35,741 bases of DNA from Octopus sinensis (Eukaryota), in assembly GCF_006345805.1 (NCBI RefSeq), contig NW_021828042.1, forward strand, positions 1 through 35,741. The letters run 5' to 3'. A program made the translations under genes and the position numbers. Positions within the stretch are counted from its first letter, which is position 1. The number at the start of each line of letters is the position of its first letter. Under the pieces are notes generated by a model, which saw only the letters and a list, made by a program, of their open reading frames with translations, had not been told where the DNA came from and did not search any database. Below are positions 12,960 through 24,868 of the stretch, piece by piece.

Positions 12960-14508
<1,549 letters not shown>

Positions 14509-14717
14509 CTGTATAAGTATTAAAATTTATTACAACATGCCTAAAATTACTTCTAGTTTTTCTGCAAAGAGACAGGGATTTTTTTTTATCTCTTCAAATT
14601 TCATGGTATCAACTTCAATTTCATCAAAGTTAACATCAAATTCAGCAAAGACTTTGATTTCTGAAGATGGTCATGCTGGATTTTTGAGCAATATCTTATG
14701 AGAGAATAAAGAAATGG

Positions 14718-15116
14718 GGATCTTTTCGGTTTGAACGGCAGTTTTTAACATAATTTCTAGGTAACTAAACACTTTTAAACTTCGTATACTGGTAGAATGT
14801 GTTTATAAAACATCTTTCTCTCTTGGCTTTATTGAGAAAATTCTATAGTTTGTAAGATATTTGTTGTTTTGTTCTGCAATTTCAACCAATCAATGACATC
14901 TATTGAGGTGAAAGCATTCTGTGCTGTATGAATATGTCCCTCGTTTAAGAAACAGATTGGGTTTATTTACATTTGTGAAGAAAAAATATACCCTTCCCCC
15001 ACCCCTAACCCTAAAACAGATTGAAATGCAATATATCGATACTAGGGTCATAATTATGGGTGACAATTTTATATGACACCGCTAGAAAAAAACTGCCGTT
15101 CAAACCAAAAAGATCC
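14718..15116 (+). mobile_element. Non-autonomous DNA transposon (MITE), GG...CC termini, 8-bp TSD; Merlin-like
   Basis: TSD agaaatgg at 14710-14717 and 15117-15124; the empty site is in the paralog at 9137-9144. GG termini with an 8-bp TSD fit the Merlin superfamily. Confidence 0.85.
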
Positions 15117-15467
15117 AGAAATGGGAATAATGAATAAAAGGGTAAATTGAAATTTGTCATCGTCTTTTTCTTCTTCTTCTTTTTGTGAATCTTTTTTAAT
15201 ATGCTGCCATATGTGTCGCAGTGTGACATGAATAAAAGATTGAACTGAAATTGGTTTTGTTTATGTTGTGTTTTCTTGGTTGTCTTCGTTATCATCATCA
15301 TCCTTCATAGATGTTTCCATTGATATGCTAGCATAAGCTGTAACATGAGGTGCCAATCCATAATGCTGCACCAGGTTCTGGTCTGATTCGGTTCGGTTTC
15401 TTTGGATGTATTCTACAAATGCTAAGCAATTTACAGTTTGTGCTGTGTGCTTTATATATGTACATAT

Positions 15468-16130
15468 GAAAACCTGGGACGAGGTGGTGAAACACGACCT
15501 TCGCTCTTTAGGTCTCACCGAGGAAATGACCAGAGACCGAGATCATTGGAAGTATGCTGTGCGTGAGAAGACCCGGCAGGACAAGTGAGGCCACAACCCG
15601 TGGCCCCTACCTGGGATGTAGTCAGTCCACCTGTTCATACCTTCTTTCTTGGGACATATAACTCTACATGTGAAGACCTGTTAAGGCAAGTGAAAATCAA
15701 AGAATCAAATCGAAATCGATCAACATCAATGGAATTTGTAGTTTGTGGTACCAGTGCCGGTGGAACATAAGAGAACCATCCAAACGTGGCCGTAGCCAGC
15801 TCCGCATCGACTGGCCTCCGTGCTGGTGGCATGTAACAAACACCATCTGATCGTGGCCGTACCAGCCTCGCCTGGCCTCCGTGCCGGTGGCATGTAATAA
15901 ACACCATCCGAGCGTGGCCGTTCGCCAGCCTTGTCTAGCACCTGTGTCGGTGGCACATAAAAAGCACCCACTACACTCACGGAGTGGTTGGCGTTAGGAA
16001 GGGCATCCAGCTGTAGAACCACCGCCAGATCTGACTGGCCTGGTGCAGCCTTCGGGCTTCCCAGACCCCAGTTGAATCATCCAACCCATGCTAGCATGGA
16101 AAGCGGACGTAAAACGATGATGATGATGAT
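15468..16130 (+). mobile_element. RTE-clade LINE 3' end: ORF C-terminus, repeat-containing 3' UTR, (TGA)n tail
   Basis: KTWDEVVKHDLRSLGLTEEMTRDRDHWKYAVREKTRQDK*, then ~61-66-bp tandem repeats and gatgatgat. Confidence 0.75.
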
Positions 16131-16835
16131 GCAAAGAGCACCATACGAGCGTGATCATCGACAGAGCAGCTTCCGTGCCAGTGGCACTTAAAGGACACCA
16201 TTCAAGCGTGATCGTTACCAGCGTTGCCCTACTGTCACTTGTTTCCGTGCTAGTAGGGTGCCAAGAGCACCATCCGAGCGTGATCTGTGCCAGTGGCATG
16301 TAAAAGGGCACCATTCGAGCGTGATCGTTGCCAAAGTCGCCTTACTGGCACCTGTGCTGGTGGCATGTGTAAAAGGATTCGAGTGAAGTCGTTGCCAGTA
16401 CCTATTTCTTTACTACCCACAGGGGCTACACACAGAGGGAACAAACAAGGACAGACAAACGGATTAAGTCGATTCCATCGACCCCAGTGCGTAACTGGTA
16501 CTTAATTTATCGACCCCGAAAGTATAAAAGGCAAAGTTGACCTCGGCGGAATTTGAACTCAGAACGTAACGGCAGACGAAATACCGCTAAGCATTTCGCC
16601 CGGCATGCTAATGTTTCTGCCAGGTCACCGCCTGACCAGTCCCCGTGCCGGTGGCACGTAAAAAGCACCCACTACACTCTCAGAGTGGTTGGCGTTAGGA
16701 AGGGCATCCAACTGTAGAAACTCGGCCAGATCAAGATTGGAGCCTGGTGCAGCCATCTGGTTAGCCAGCCCACAGTCAAACCGTCAAACCCATGCCAAGC
16801 ATGGAAAGCGGACGTTAAACGATGATAATGATGAT
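16130..16835. mobile_element. Cluster: more RTE UTR repeats (16130-16395), SINE B on - (16398-16635), RTE tail on + (16635-16835)
   Basis: Similarity to the copies described elsewhere in the window. Confidence 0.7.
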
Positions 16836-17044
16836 ACATATATATATATAGAGAGAGAGACACACGTATGGATATTCATGTGTGTGTGTATGTATGCATA
16901 TCTAATACTATAAATGTGAATATCAGTGAGTCACACATCTTCAAATTTACTCATAGGGGCCAAAGCCCAACATATCATACCATTTTGAAATCAGGCTGAC
17001 TGTGTCAGTAAATTAAGAACATTCCAATGCCATATCTGGACCTG

Positions 17045-17325
17045 TAAGCCTTGTGAGTGGATTTGGTGGACAGAAACTGAAAGAAGTCCATCATATATAT
17101 ATATGTGTGTGTGTGTATATGTTTATGTGTCTGTGTTTGTCCCTTCAACATCGCTTGACAACCGATGCTGGTGTGTTTATGTCCCTGTAACTTAGCAGTT
17201 CAGCAAAAGAGACCGATAGAATAAATACTAAGCTTACAAAGAATAAGTCCTGGGGTTGATTTGCTCGACTAAAGGCGGTGCTCCAGCATGGCTGCAGTCA
17301 AATGACTGAAACAAGTAAATGAGTA
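17045..17325 (+). mobile_element. SINE family A, 5'-truncated
   Basis: Matches 3500-3775. Confidence 0.8.
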
Positions 17326-17572
17326 AATGGTATACTGGGGTTTTCCGAAAATCCGCCCAGGGCTTTAAACAGAAAATTCTATTTTACAAAACTATATTTT
17401 GGATTAATTAACCACCTACCTATAATAAGTGCCCATGGGCAGTAATATGGAAGTTTAATAGCACTCAATATTTCACTAATGGTATGTGATCGTTGAACAC
17501 ATTTTGATATATTTTCTTTCGACTCCATTATTGGGAATAAAAATCCTTTGAATTTATCCACAAACATATTTG

Positions 17573-18729
17573 GGATCTTTTCCTTTTGAATGGCATATGT
17601 CAACACAATTTCTAGTTAACTAAACACTTTTAAATTTCGTATACTGGTAGAATGTGTTTATAAAGCATAACTTTTTCTTGGCTTTCTTGAGAAAATTCTA
17701 TAGTTTGTAAGATATTTCCACTTTAAAATTGAGCATTTCGGCAATTTTAACCAATCGCTGACCCCCATTTGGGGTGAAAACATTCTGTGCTTTATGATTA
17801 TGTCCCTCCTTTAAGAAACAGATTGGGTTTATTTACATTTGCGAAGAAAAAAAGATACCTTTCCCCCACCCCTAACCCTAACTAACCCTAAATCTAAAAT
17901 AGATTGAAATGCGATAGATCGATACTAGGGCCATAATTATGGGTGACATTTTCATTTGACACCGCTAGAAAAAAATCCCATTTTCCATAGCGGTGTCGTA
18001 TGAAATTGTCACCCATAATTATAACCCTAGTATTGATCTATTGCATTTCAATCTGTTTTAGGGGTGGGGGAAAGGGTATCTTTTTTCTTCGCAAATGTAA
18101 ATAAACCCAATCTGTTTCTTAAACGAGGGACATATTCATACAGCACGGAATCTTTTCACCCCAAATGGAGGTGAGCGATTGGTTAAAATTGCCAAAATGC
18201 TCGAAATTAAAGTGGAAATATCTTACAAACTATAGAATTTTCTCAATAAAGCCAAGAGAAAAAGATGCTTTATAAACACACTAGCAGTATCGCCCGGCGT
18301 TGCTCGGGGTTGTAAGGGAAATAACTATAAAGCATTTTAGAGAGTTATAGCCAAAAAATGGAAAAAAAAATGATGGTAAATTTTAGTTAAAAAGGTCGAG
18401 TTGCGTCCCCTAGACAGTCTGTGGTTTGTGTTTCTGATTCTCGACCCCATGTCGAATTTATCGATTTTTTTCAGAACTGGGAGAACTTTTCAAAATTTTC
18501 GCTGCGTTAGTTTTGAATTATGACATTGGGCTGTGTGTGTCAAGTTTCATTAGAATCGGTTGAAAGCCGTGGTCAGGGTGAGGGTACAACCTAACAGACA
18601 CACAGAAACACACACAGACAAACTGCCGTTTATATATAGAGAGAAGAGATTCTACCAGTATACAAAGTTTAAAAGTGTTTAGTTAACTAGAAATTGTGTT
18701 GACATGTGCCATTCAAAAGGAAAAGATCC
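17573..18729. mobile_element. Palindromic (foldback) dimer of the MITE with an 8-bp TSD, carrying a nested Helitron-like insert
   Basis: TSD catatttg at 17565-17572 and 18730-18737. Arms 17573-17967 and 17988-18729 (minus the insert) are reverse complements. Confidence 0.85.
18281..18649 (-). mobile_element. Non-autonomous Helitron-like element
   Basis: Minus strand starts TC and ends CTAG, with a subterminal hairpin cccgagcaacgccggg. Inserted between A and T of the host MITE, no TSD. Confidence 0.85.
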
Positions 18730-19079
18730 CATATTTGTATACTTATTAATTGCCATGGTAGCAGTAGGATTCATAGAAGTTTTGTGGGAATATTGAATTC
18801 ACAAGTGGTCCCTGACATCCCGCATGCATATCCTGAGTGACGGGACGCACTGTTTGCTGCGGAGTTTCCACAGACGCAGGGACAGAATGACCTCGAAGCC
18901 GCCGGTTGCTGACCAGACACCTCTTGGAATTTTTTACCAGGTCCCCGTTGGCCAGGCTGCGGTGCTAATACCGCTCGGTGCCAGACCAATCTACCTTGGG
19001 TGGCCCTACCAGGAACTGAAGTTCCCGATGGCATAGCTCTGACACTGCCCGTTTACACCACCCTACTGCTTTGAGGAGG

Positions 19080-19382
19080 GGTTGGACTTCAGGGTGAGCT
19101 GATTTGTGATGTCCTCCTCCCACTGCCACTTCCCAACTGGCGCAAATGCACGGGCGGGCAGCTAAAGACCTGGGCAACGACGATAAAGGAGGACCTCTCC
19201 GAACTTTCAGGTCCACAGGTGGTCGGTCTGCGCAGATGGAACCGCGAATGGCTTGCTATCTCCAGTGACCTCGCACAGGACCCTCAAGCGTGGGCCGCCA
19301 TGGTTCGTGATGCCATCAGAACCAGAGAAGAAGCTGGCTCAACCCGCCCTGGGTGAACGCCGTCACAAGTACAAGTAAGTAT
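19080..19382 (+). mobile_element. RTE-like LINE 3' end (second family)
   Basis: ELICDVLLPLPLPNWRKCTGGQLKTWATTIKEDL...LAQDPQAWAAMVRDA...G*, followed by a (caagta) repeat tail. Confidence 0.65.
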
Positions 19383-19464
19383 CTACAGACGTAGAGCAAA
19401 TGGACGTCTAAACAGAATGCAAACAAGAATACTAACTCTGTTTCAACTTTTAACCACAAATAAT

Positions 19465-19790
19465 CGCAGGAGTGGCTGTGTGGTAAGTAGCTTGCTTACC
19501 AACCACATGGTTCCGGGTTCAGTCCCACTACATGGCATCTTGGGCAAGTGTCTTCTACTAATTGAAATAAGCCCATCATGTATATATATATGCGTGTGTG
19601 TATATATGTTTGTGTGTCTGTGTTTGTACCCCCAACCATTAATTGACAATCGATGTTGGTGTGTTTACATCCCCATAACTCAGTGGCTCAGCAAAAGAGA
19701 CAGATAGAATAAGTACTAGTCTTACAAAGAATAAGTCCTGGGGTGCTCCAGCATGGCCACAGTCAAATTATTGAAACAAATAAAAGAATA
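19465..19790 (+). mobile_element. SINE family A with internal deletions
   Basis: Head and tail match the other A copies. Confidence 0.8.
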
Positions 19791-19830
19791 CACACACACA
19801 TATATGTATACACATATATATATACATATA

Positions 19831-20316
19831 CGGGTGATTGGAAAGTAACTCTATTTTTAAATACTTATCAATTATTTATTAATTGTAATTCTTTTCTCAG
19901 TTTTTAGTGTTCATTTTCTGAAGTATGAGAGAGTAATCTGTAATGGCTAAATGCCCACTTCCCAAGGAGACGGATGGGTCATCATTGTCCGCATAAGTGG
20001 GCTGTTAGGAGTCCCGACTTAACACCTCCGTAACTTCTTTCTTTGGGGTTGGTTATAGGAACAAGTCTACTGTGCCAAACTAAAGACTTTGAAAAAAAAC
20101 TTGAAGGGCGAATACAAGAAGTTATGTCTTCTTCAATCCCACAAGAGTTCCTGGCGAAATCAGTTGACACAATTCCTGGGCAACTGGAGCCCATATCAAA
20201 ACTGAAATAAAACCTCATACTACAACCTTTCCTCTCATCCATTTTTTTGGTAAAAATTACAATTAATTTATAATTTATTAGTATTTTAAAATAGAGAATT
20301 ATTTTTCAATCATCTT

Positions 20317-20317
<1 letters not shown>
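19831..20317 (+). mobile_element. Internally deleted Tc1/mariner-superfamily element
   Basis: Imperfect ~65-bp TIRs in TA context. Relic frame WLNAHFPRRRMGHHCPHKWAVRSPDLTP..FFLWGWL resembles the WPxRSPDLxPxDFFLWG transposase motif. Confidence 0.75.
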
Positions 20318-20351
<34 letters not shown>

Positions 20352-20471
20352 ATTATATGTTACATTACTCGATAGTCAAGATAAAACTCTGAGTTTCAGA
20401 TGCCGATGTAAATTTCCTCTATTTACATAATATTGAGGTCTCTTTCTTTCTTTTGTTATCTTACCGTTTTA

Positions 20472-20514
<43 letters not shown>

Positions 20515-20515
20515 A

Positions 20516-20578
20516 TCCCATGTGGTCTAGTGGTTAGGATTCCTGGCTTTCACCCAGGTTCGATTCCCGGCATGGGAA
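20516..20578 (+). pseudogene. tRNA-Glu(TTC) pseudogene with a ~9-nt deletion of the variable loop and 5' T-stem
   Basis: TCCCATG/CATGGGA acceptor stem, D-arm, CCTGG-CTTTCAC-CCAGG anticodon arm, then directly TTCGATTCCCGG. Length 63 nt versus ~72 for the canonical gene. Confidence 0.9.
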
Positions 20579-20589
20579 CGGCATTTCTG

Positions 20590-20757
20590 TTCTACACTCT
20601 CGGAGTGGCTGGTGTTAGGAAGGGCATCCAGCTGTAGAAACACTGCCAGATCTGACTGGCCTGGTGCAGCCTTCGGGCTTCCCAGACCCCAGTTGAACCG
20701 TCCAACCCATGCTAGTGTGGAAAGCGGACGTTAAACGATGATGATGATGATGATGAT
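20590..20757 (+). mobile_element. RTE 3' tail fragment with (TGA)n, directly after the tRNA pseudogene
   Basis: Matches 15968-16130. Confidence 0.8.
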
Positions 20758-21004
20758 ATAAATTAGAAAAAACCCCCACCTTTTATCAATTCAATGGAGA
20801 GAAAAAAAATGTGTAGGATTCTCTTTTGCAGTCCTATAAATCTTTTTGTTTCTATAAAAAGAGTCAAAAATGATTTCTTGTCATATATGTGTTTGTGAGA
20901 GTGTGTGTGTATGTGTGTCCAGTTTCTCCTTTCTGGTTTTTACCTAGTTTTCTGTTTGCTGTGTTCTTGTTTAATTTTTCTTCTTGTGTTCTTCCTGTTC
21001 ACAT

Positions 21005-21385
21005 ACGTGGCTGTGTCGTAAGTAGCTTGCTTCCCAGCCACATGGTTCCATGTTCAGTCCCACTGCCTGGCACCTTGGGCAAAATGTCTTCTGCTATAGG
21101 CTTGGGCCAACCAAAGCCTTGTGAGTGGGTCTGATAGATGGAAACTGAAAGAAGCCCATCATATATATGTACGTGTGTGTGAGTGTTTGTGTCTGTGTTT
21201 GTCCCCCCACCATCACTTGTCGACCGATGTTGGTGTGATTACCACCCTGTAACTTAGCAGCTTGGCAAAAGAGACCGATAGAATAAGTACTTGTCTTACA
21301 AAGAATAAGTCCTGCGTCGATTTGTTTGACTAAAGGCGGTGGTCCAGCATGGCCACAGTCAAATGACTGAAATGAGTAAAAGAAT
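21005..21385 (+). mobile_element. SINE family A, near full length
   Basis: Matches 3391-3775. Confidence 0.8.
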
Positions 21386-21408
21386 GCATACATATATATA
21401 TATATATA

Positions 21409-22060
21409 TTGGGTTGTCTGGAAAGTTTGTGCCGATTTATAGTAGCTTACCTTTCGACTTATTTTAGAACATGGTTGAGTCCATAAAAGAAGGATTTGAC
21501 TACACCTCCATTTAGAGCACAGTTTAAGCTATCTTTCGTGGAAGAAGGTTAATGTTCCTATAATCTGTGTAAATTCTGTAACCCTTTAAAATGGAAGATA
21601 AGAAAGTTCATCTTCGGCACTTGATGCTTTGGGAACCAGACAAAAATTGCTGCAGCTCGGCTGGGATGTGTTACCCCACCCTCCATATTCACCAGATATT
21701 GCACCTTCAGATATCCATTGTTTTAGTAAAAATTGCTATTAATAAATAATTTGTAAGTATTTTAAAACAGGGAGTTACTTTTCAATCATCTTGTTTTTAT
21801 ATATATATTCAGGTCTCTGCAGAATAGTCTTAATGGTAAAAATTTCAATTCCTTGGATGACGTAAAAAGATACGTTGATGAATTCTTTGCCATGAAACCA
21901 CCTCAATTCTGGGAAGGGGGTATTTTCAAGTTAAAGGAAAGATGGAGACGCATTGTGCAACAAAATGGTTCATATTTGGTTGATCACAAATGTAATGGCA
22001 AGTATTTATTGACCTTTTTCTTTCCTTTAAAAATTTGCACAAACTTTCCAGACAACCAAA
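21409..22060 (+). mobile_element. Internally deleted mariner transposon
   Basis: TIRs ttgggttgtctggaaagtttgtgc / gcacaaactttccagacaaccaaa flanked by TA. Relic frames MEDKKVHLRHLMLW, LLQLGWDVLPHPPYSPDIAPSD and RSLQNSLNGKNF...KLKERWRRIVQQNGSY. Confidence 0.9.
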
Positions 22061-22061
22061 T

Positions 22062-22330
22062 ATCATCATCATCATCGTTTAACGTCCGCTTTCCACGCTA
22101 GCATGAGTTGCACGGTTTGACTGGGGTCTGGGAAGCCAGAAGGCTGCACCAGGCCCAGTCTGATCTGGCAGTGTTTCTACAGCTGGATGCCCTTCCTAAC
22201 GCCAACCACTCCGTGAGTGTAGTGGGTGCTTTTTATGTGCCAGACGAGGCTGGCAAATGGCCACGTTCGTATGGTGCTTTTTACGTGCCACTGGCACGGA
22301 GACCAGATGAAGCTGGCAACAGCCACGATC
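22062..22330 (-). mobile_element. RTE 3' UTR/tail fragment
   Basis: (ATC)n then the reverse complement of the tail. Confidence 0.75.
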
Positions 22331-22954
22331 GGATGACACACATACACACCTTCTCCTTGGCTTACGACTGAGCTCCGTTCTGACTGACAGGTCATAAGTC
22401 AATCTGGGCCATATGGCGGATTCATATTTTGCAACTCTGTTTTCATTCAAATACAAATGATGCTCTAAAGTGACCGAGTAAGAGACAGCAGCAGGCCTGG
22501 GTCTGAGGGAGGCCCACATTGTCAGATGTTGCCATAGTTATCACAAGCAAAACGCCCCCACCCCCGGTCCAATGGACGGTGCTGAGTTGTCAAACATTTA
22601 AACCAAATTTTCTCAAAACAACTTGTCCGACCGTCCCATAGGCCTCCCCTTTGAGAAACACTGATTTAACCTAAATTTGAGATACCAGCAAAAGAAGAAA
22701 TAAAGATAGACTTTTTTTTCTATTCCAAAGAAAAACGATTTTATTCACACAAATATGCAACCGAAGAGTTTAAAGTACCAGTAATGATAAGGCTGTTGAC
22801 TGGGAGAACACAAACATGGTTTAAACAGTAAGCTTGGCAGGAAAGAAACGTGCCTTTAAGCAGTACAAAAACAACAAAAAGTGGAAGGTGCAGTTATGTA
22901 CAGGTTAACGGAAGAAAAGCAGGACAAAAACGCCTTTATCGATCGCATTCTCAC

Positions 22955-23105
22955 CTGGAATCGATCTTTGTAATTTTTTCAAGACTTATACACGCCCTGA
23001 TACCATCGGTATCTAGATATCAAATTTGAGCGCAATCGGATGGAGGATGCCTGAGATCCTAGAAGACACACACACAGACAGACAGAACGGATTTTATATA
23101 ATAGA
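22955..23105 (-). mobile_element. Possible Helitron-like 5' fragment
   Basis: Minus strand begins A|TCTATTATATAAAATCCGTTCTGTCTGTCTGTGTG, similar in layout to 18649; no 3' CTAG end found. Confidence 0.45.
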
Positions 23106-23251
23106 TAAGCAAAGCTTCCCAACATCCAAAAGATTGATGTTTTTGTTTATTCATATAGGTCGTAAGTTGAGGAGATTGTTTATGTACAGACCATATACAA
23201 GGGAATATGTGTGTATCTGTCTATATGTGTGTGTCTGTCTATGTATGTGTG

Positions 23252-23352
<101 letters not shown>

Positions 23353-23378
23353 TATATATATATACACATATATATATT

Positions 23379-23711
23379 TCTAATATAGGATAAAATGTTT
23401 CGCAAAAAATTTTATCAATGGGCAGCATATTAAAAAATACCTTTAAAGGTTAAATTAACTCTGAAATTGGGTCCGATATGATAATAATAGAATTTTTTAG
23501 AAATTTCTGTCAGCTTTCTTCGAGACGCGTGCTTATAGTGAGGAATTATTTGGTTATGGACGATGTGTCTAGTTTCGGCATATTTGGTATTAGAAAATTT
23601 TTTTCTTTTGCCCTTGTTTATAAGTTGTTTATAAATTTAACTTTTAAAGGTATTTTTTAATATGCTGGCCATTGATAGAATGTTTTTCGAAAAATTTTAT
23701 CCTATATTAGA
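23379..23711. mobile_element. MITE-like element with ~78-bp terminal inverted repeats
   Basis: Arms 23379-23456 and 23634-23711; the interior recurs at ~24052-24228. Confidence 0.75.
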
Positions 23712-24391
23712 TGTAAATTTAATTTGTCGAAATATTTTCGTCGCTTTGAGACCGCGACCTGTTCACTGGGAATTTTGTCAGTGAACAGGCTTATAAACAC
23801 CTTCCACTCTGCAATTGTATATATATATAGACGTAAATTTAATAGTGTTCACTTCCGGACTCTCTCACTCTATGAAGGTTTTCAGTTCGAATCGCACGTG
23901 ACTCGAGGTGTGCTGGAGAATTTCTATTTTGGATATTTTGGGGTTACTTAATTGTGCTCATGACTTAGTGTTTGCTTCTTCCATGGGTATAAGTAAGTAT
24001 TTCATTTATTTCTTTGCCGCATTTATCACTGGCGAAGAGAAAGTTCTTATGAATTAACTCTGAAATCGGGTCCAATATGATAATAACGGAATTTTTTAGA
24101 AATTTCTGTCGGCTTTCTTCGAGGTGAGTGCTTATAGTAATGAATTATATGGTTATTGACGATGTGTCTATTTTCAGCATATTTGATATTAGAAATTTTT
24201 TTCTTTTGCCCTTGTTTATAAGTTGTATATATATATATATATATATATATATGTAGGTCCCGGGTTGAGTCGGGGTTAACCACAGTAAATAAGGTACTCA
24301 ATACATAGCAGAGTAAATTAATTTATTTTATAACAGGACTAGAACTGTTTCATTCAAATGAAATCATTTCTTTTTTTTTTTTTTGACAGCA

Positions 24392-24442
24392 AGCTTCCTG
24401 ATGATTTCATTTGAATGAAACAGTTCTAGTCCTGTAGAAGCT
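24392..24442 (+). ncRNA. Type I hammerhead ribozyme fold (probably a Penelope/retrozyme-like relic)
   Basis: Stem I AGCTTC/GAAGCT, core CTGATGA, stem II TTC/GAA, GAAA, stem III ACAG/CTGT, cleavage triplet GTA. Confidence 0.7.
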
Positions 24443-24559
24443 CCTTCTATAAAATAAAAAAAATATATAACCAGGTGGTGCTATTAAGTTAGACATGGCC
24501 TGGGCCAATAATGGCCGAAAGTATCAAAGTATCAAAGTATATATATATATAAATATATA

Positions 24560-24800
24560 TATGTATACAGCTATGTGCGTTTGTCTCTGTGTCTGTGTTT
24601 GTCTACCTCGCCCACCCACTTGCTGACAAGGGGTGTTGGTGTGTTTATGTCCCTGTAATTTAGCAGTTCGGCAAAAAAAATCTGATAGAATAAGTACTGA
24701 GCTTAAAAAAATTAATTTGGGGGTGCAATTTGTTTGACTGAAATACTTCAAGGTGGTGCTCCAGCATGGCCACAGTCAAACGAGTGAAACAAATAAAAGA
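24560..24800 (+). mobile_element. SINE family A, 3' half (diverged)
   Basis: Tail ...cagcatggccacagtcaaacgagtgaaacaaataaaag. Confidence 0.7.
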
Positions 24801-24868
24801 TAACAGGTACGAAAAAAAAATAATGAAAATATAATCAAAAAATATAATTGGAATATATTTTACAGATT

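Noticed and set aside
15760-16400. CRISPR-like repeat array
   Set aside because: Eukaryotic context; units are whole degenerate tandem repeats without unique spacers, and no cas genes.
18780-19075. GC-rich segment next to the RTE fragment (ORFs 18771-19034, 18824-19036)
   Set aside because: No recognisable motif in any frame; probably TE-derived but unassignable by eye.
20375-20420. Hammerhead-like 3' half on the - strand (GAAACTCAGAGTT)
   Set aside because: No CTGANGA core or stem I partner upstream; at most a fragment of a Penelope-like end.
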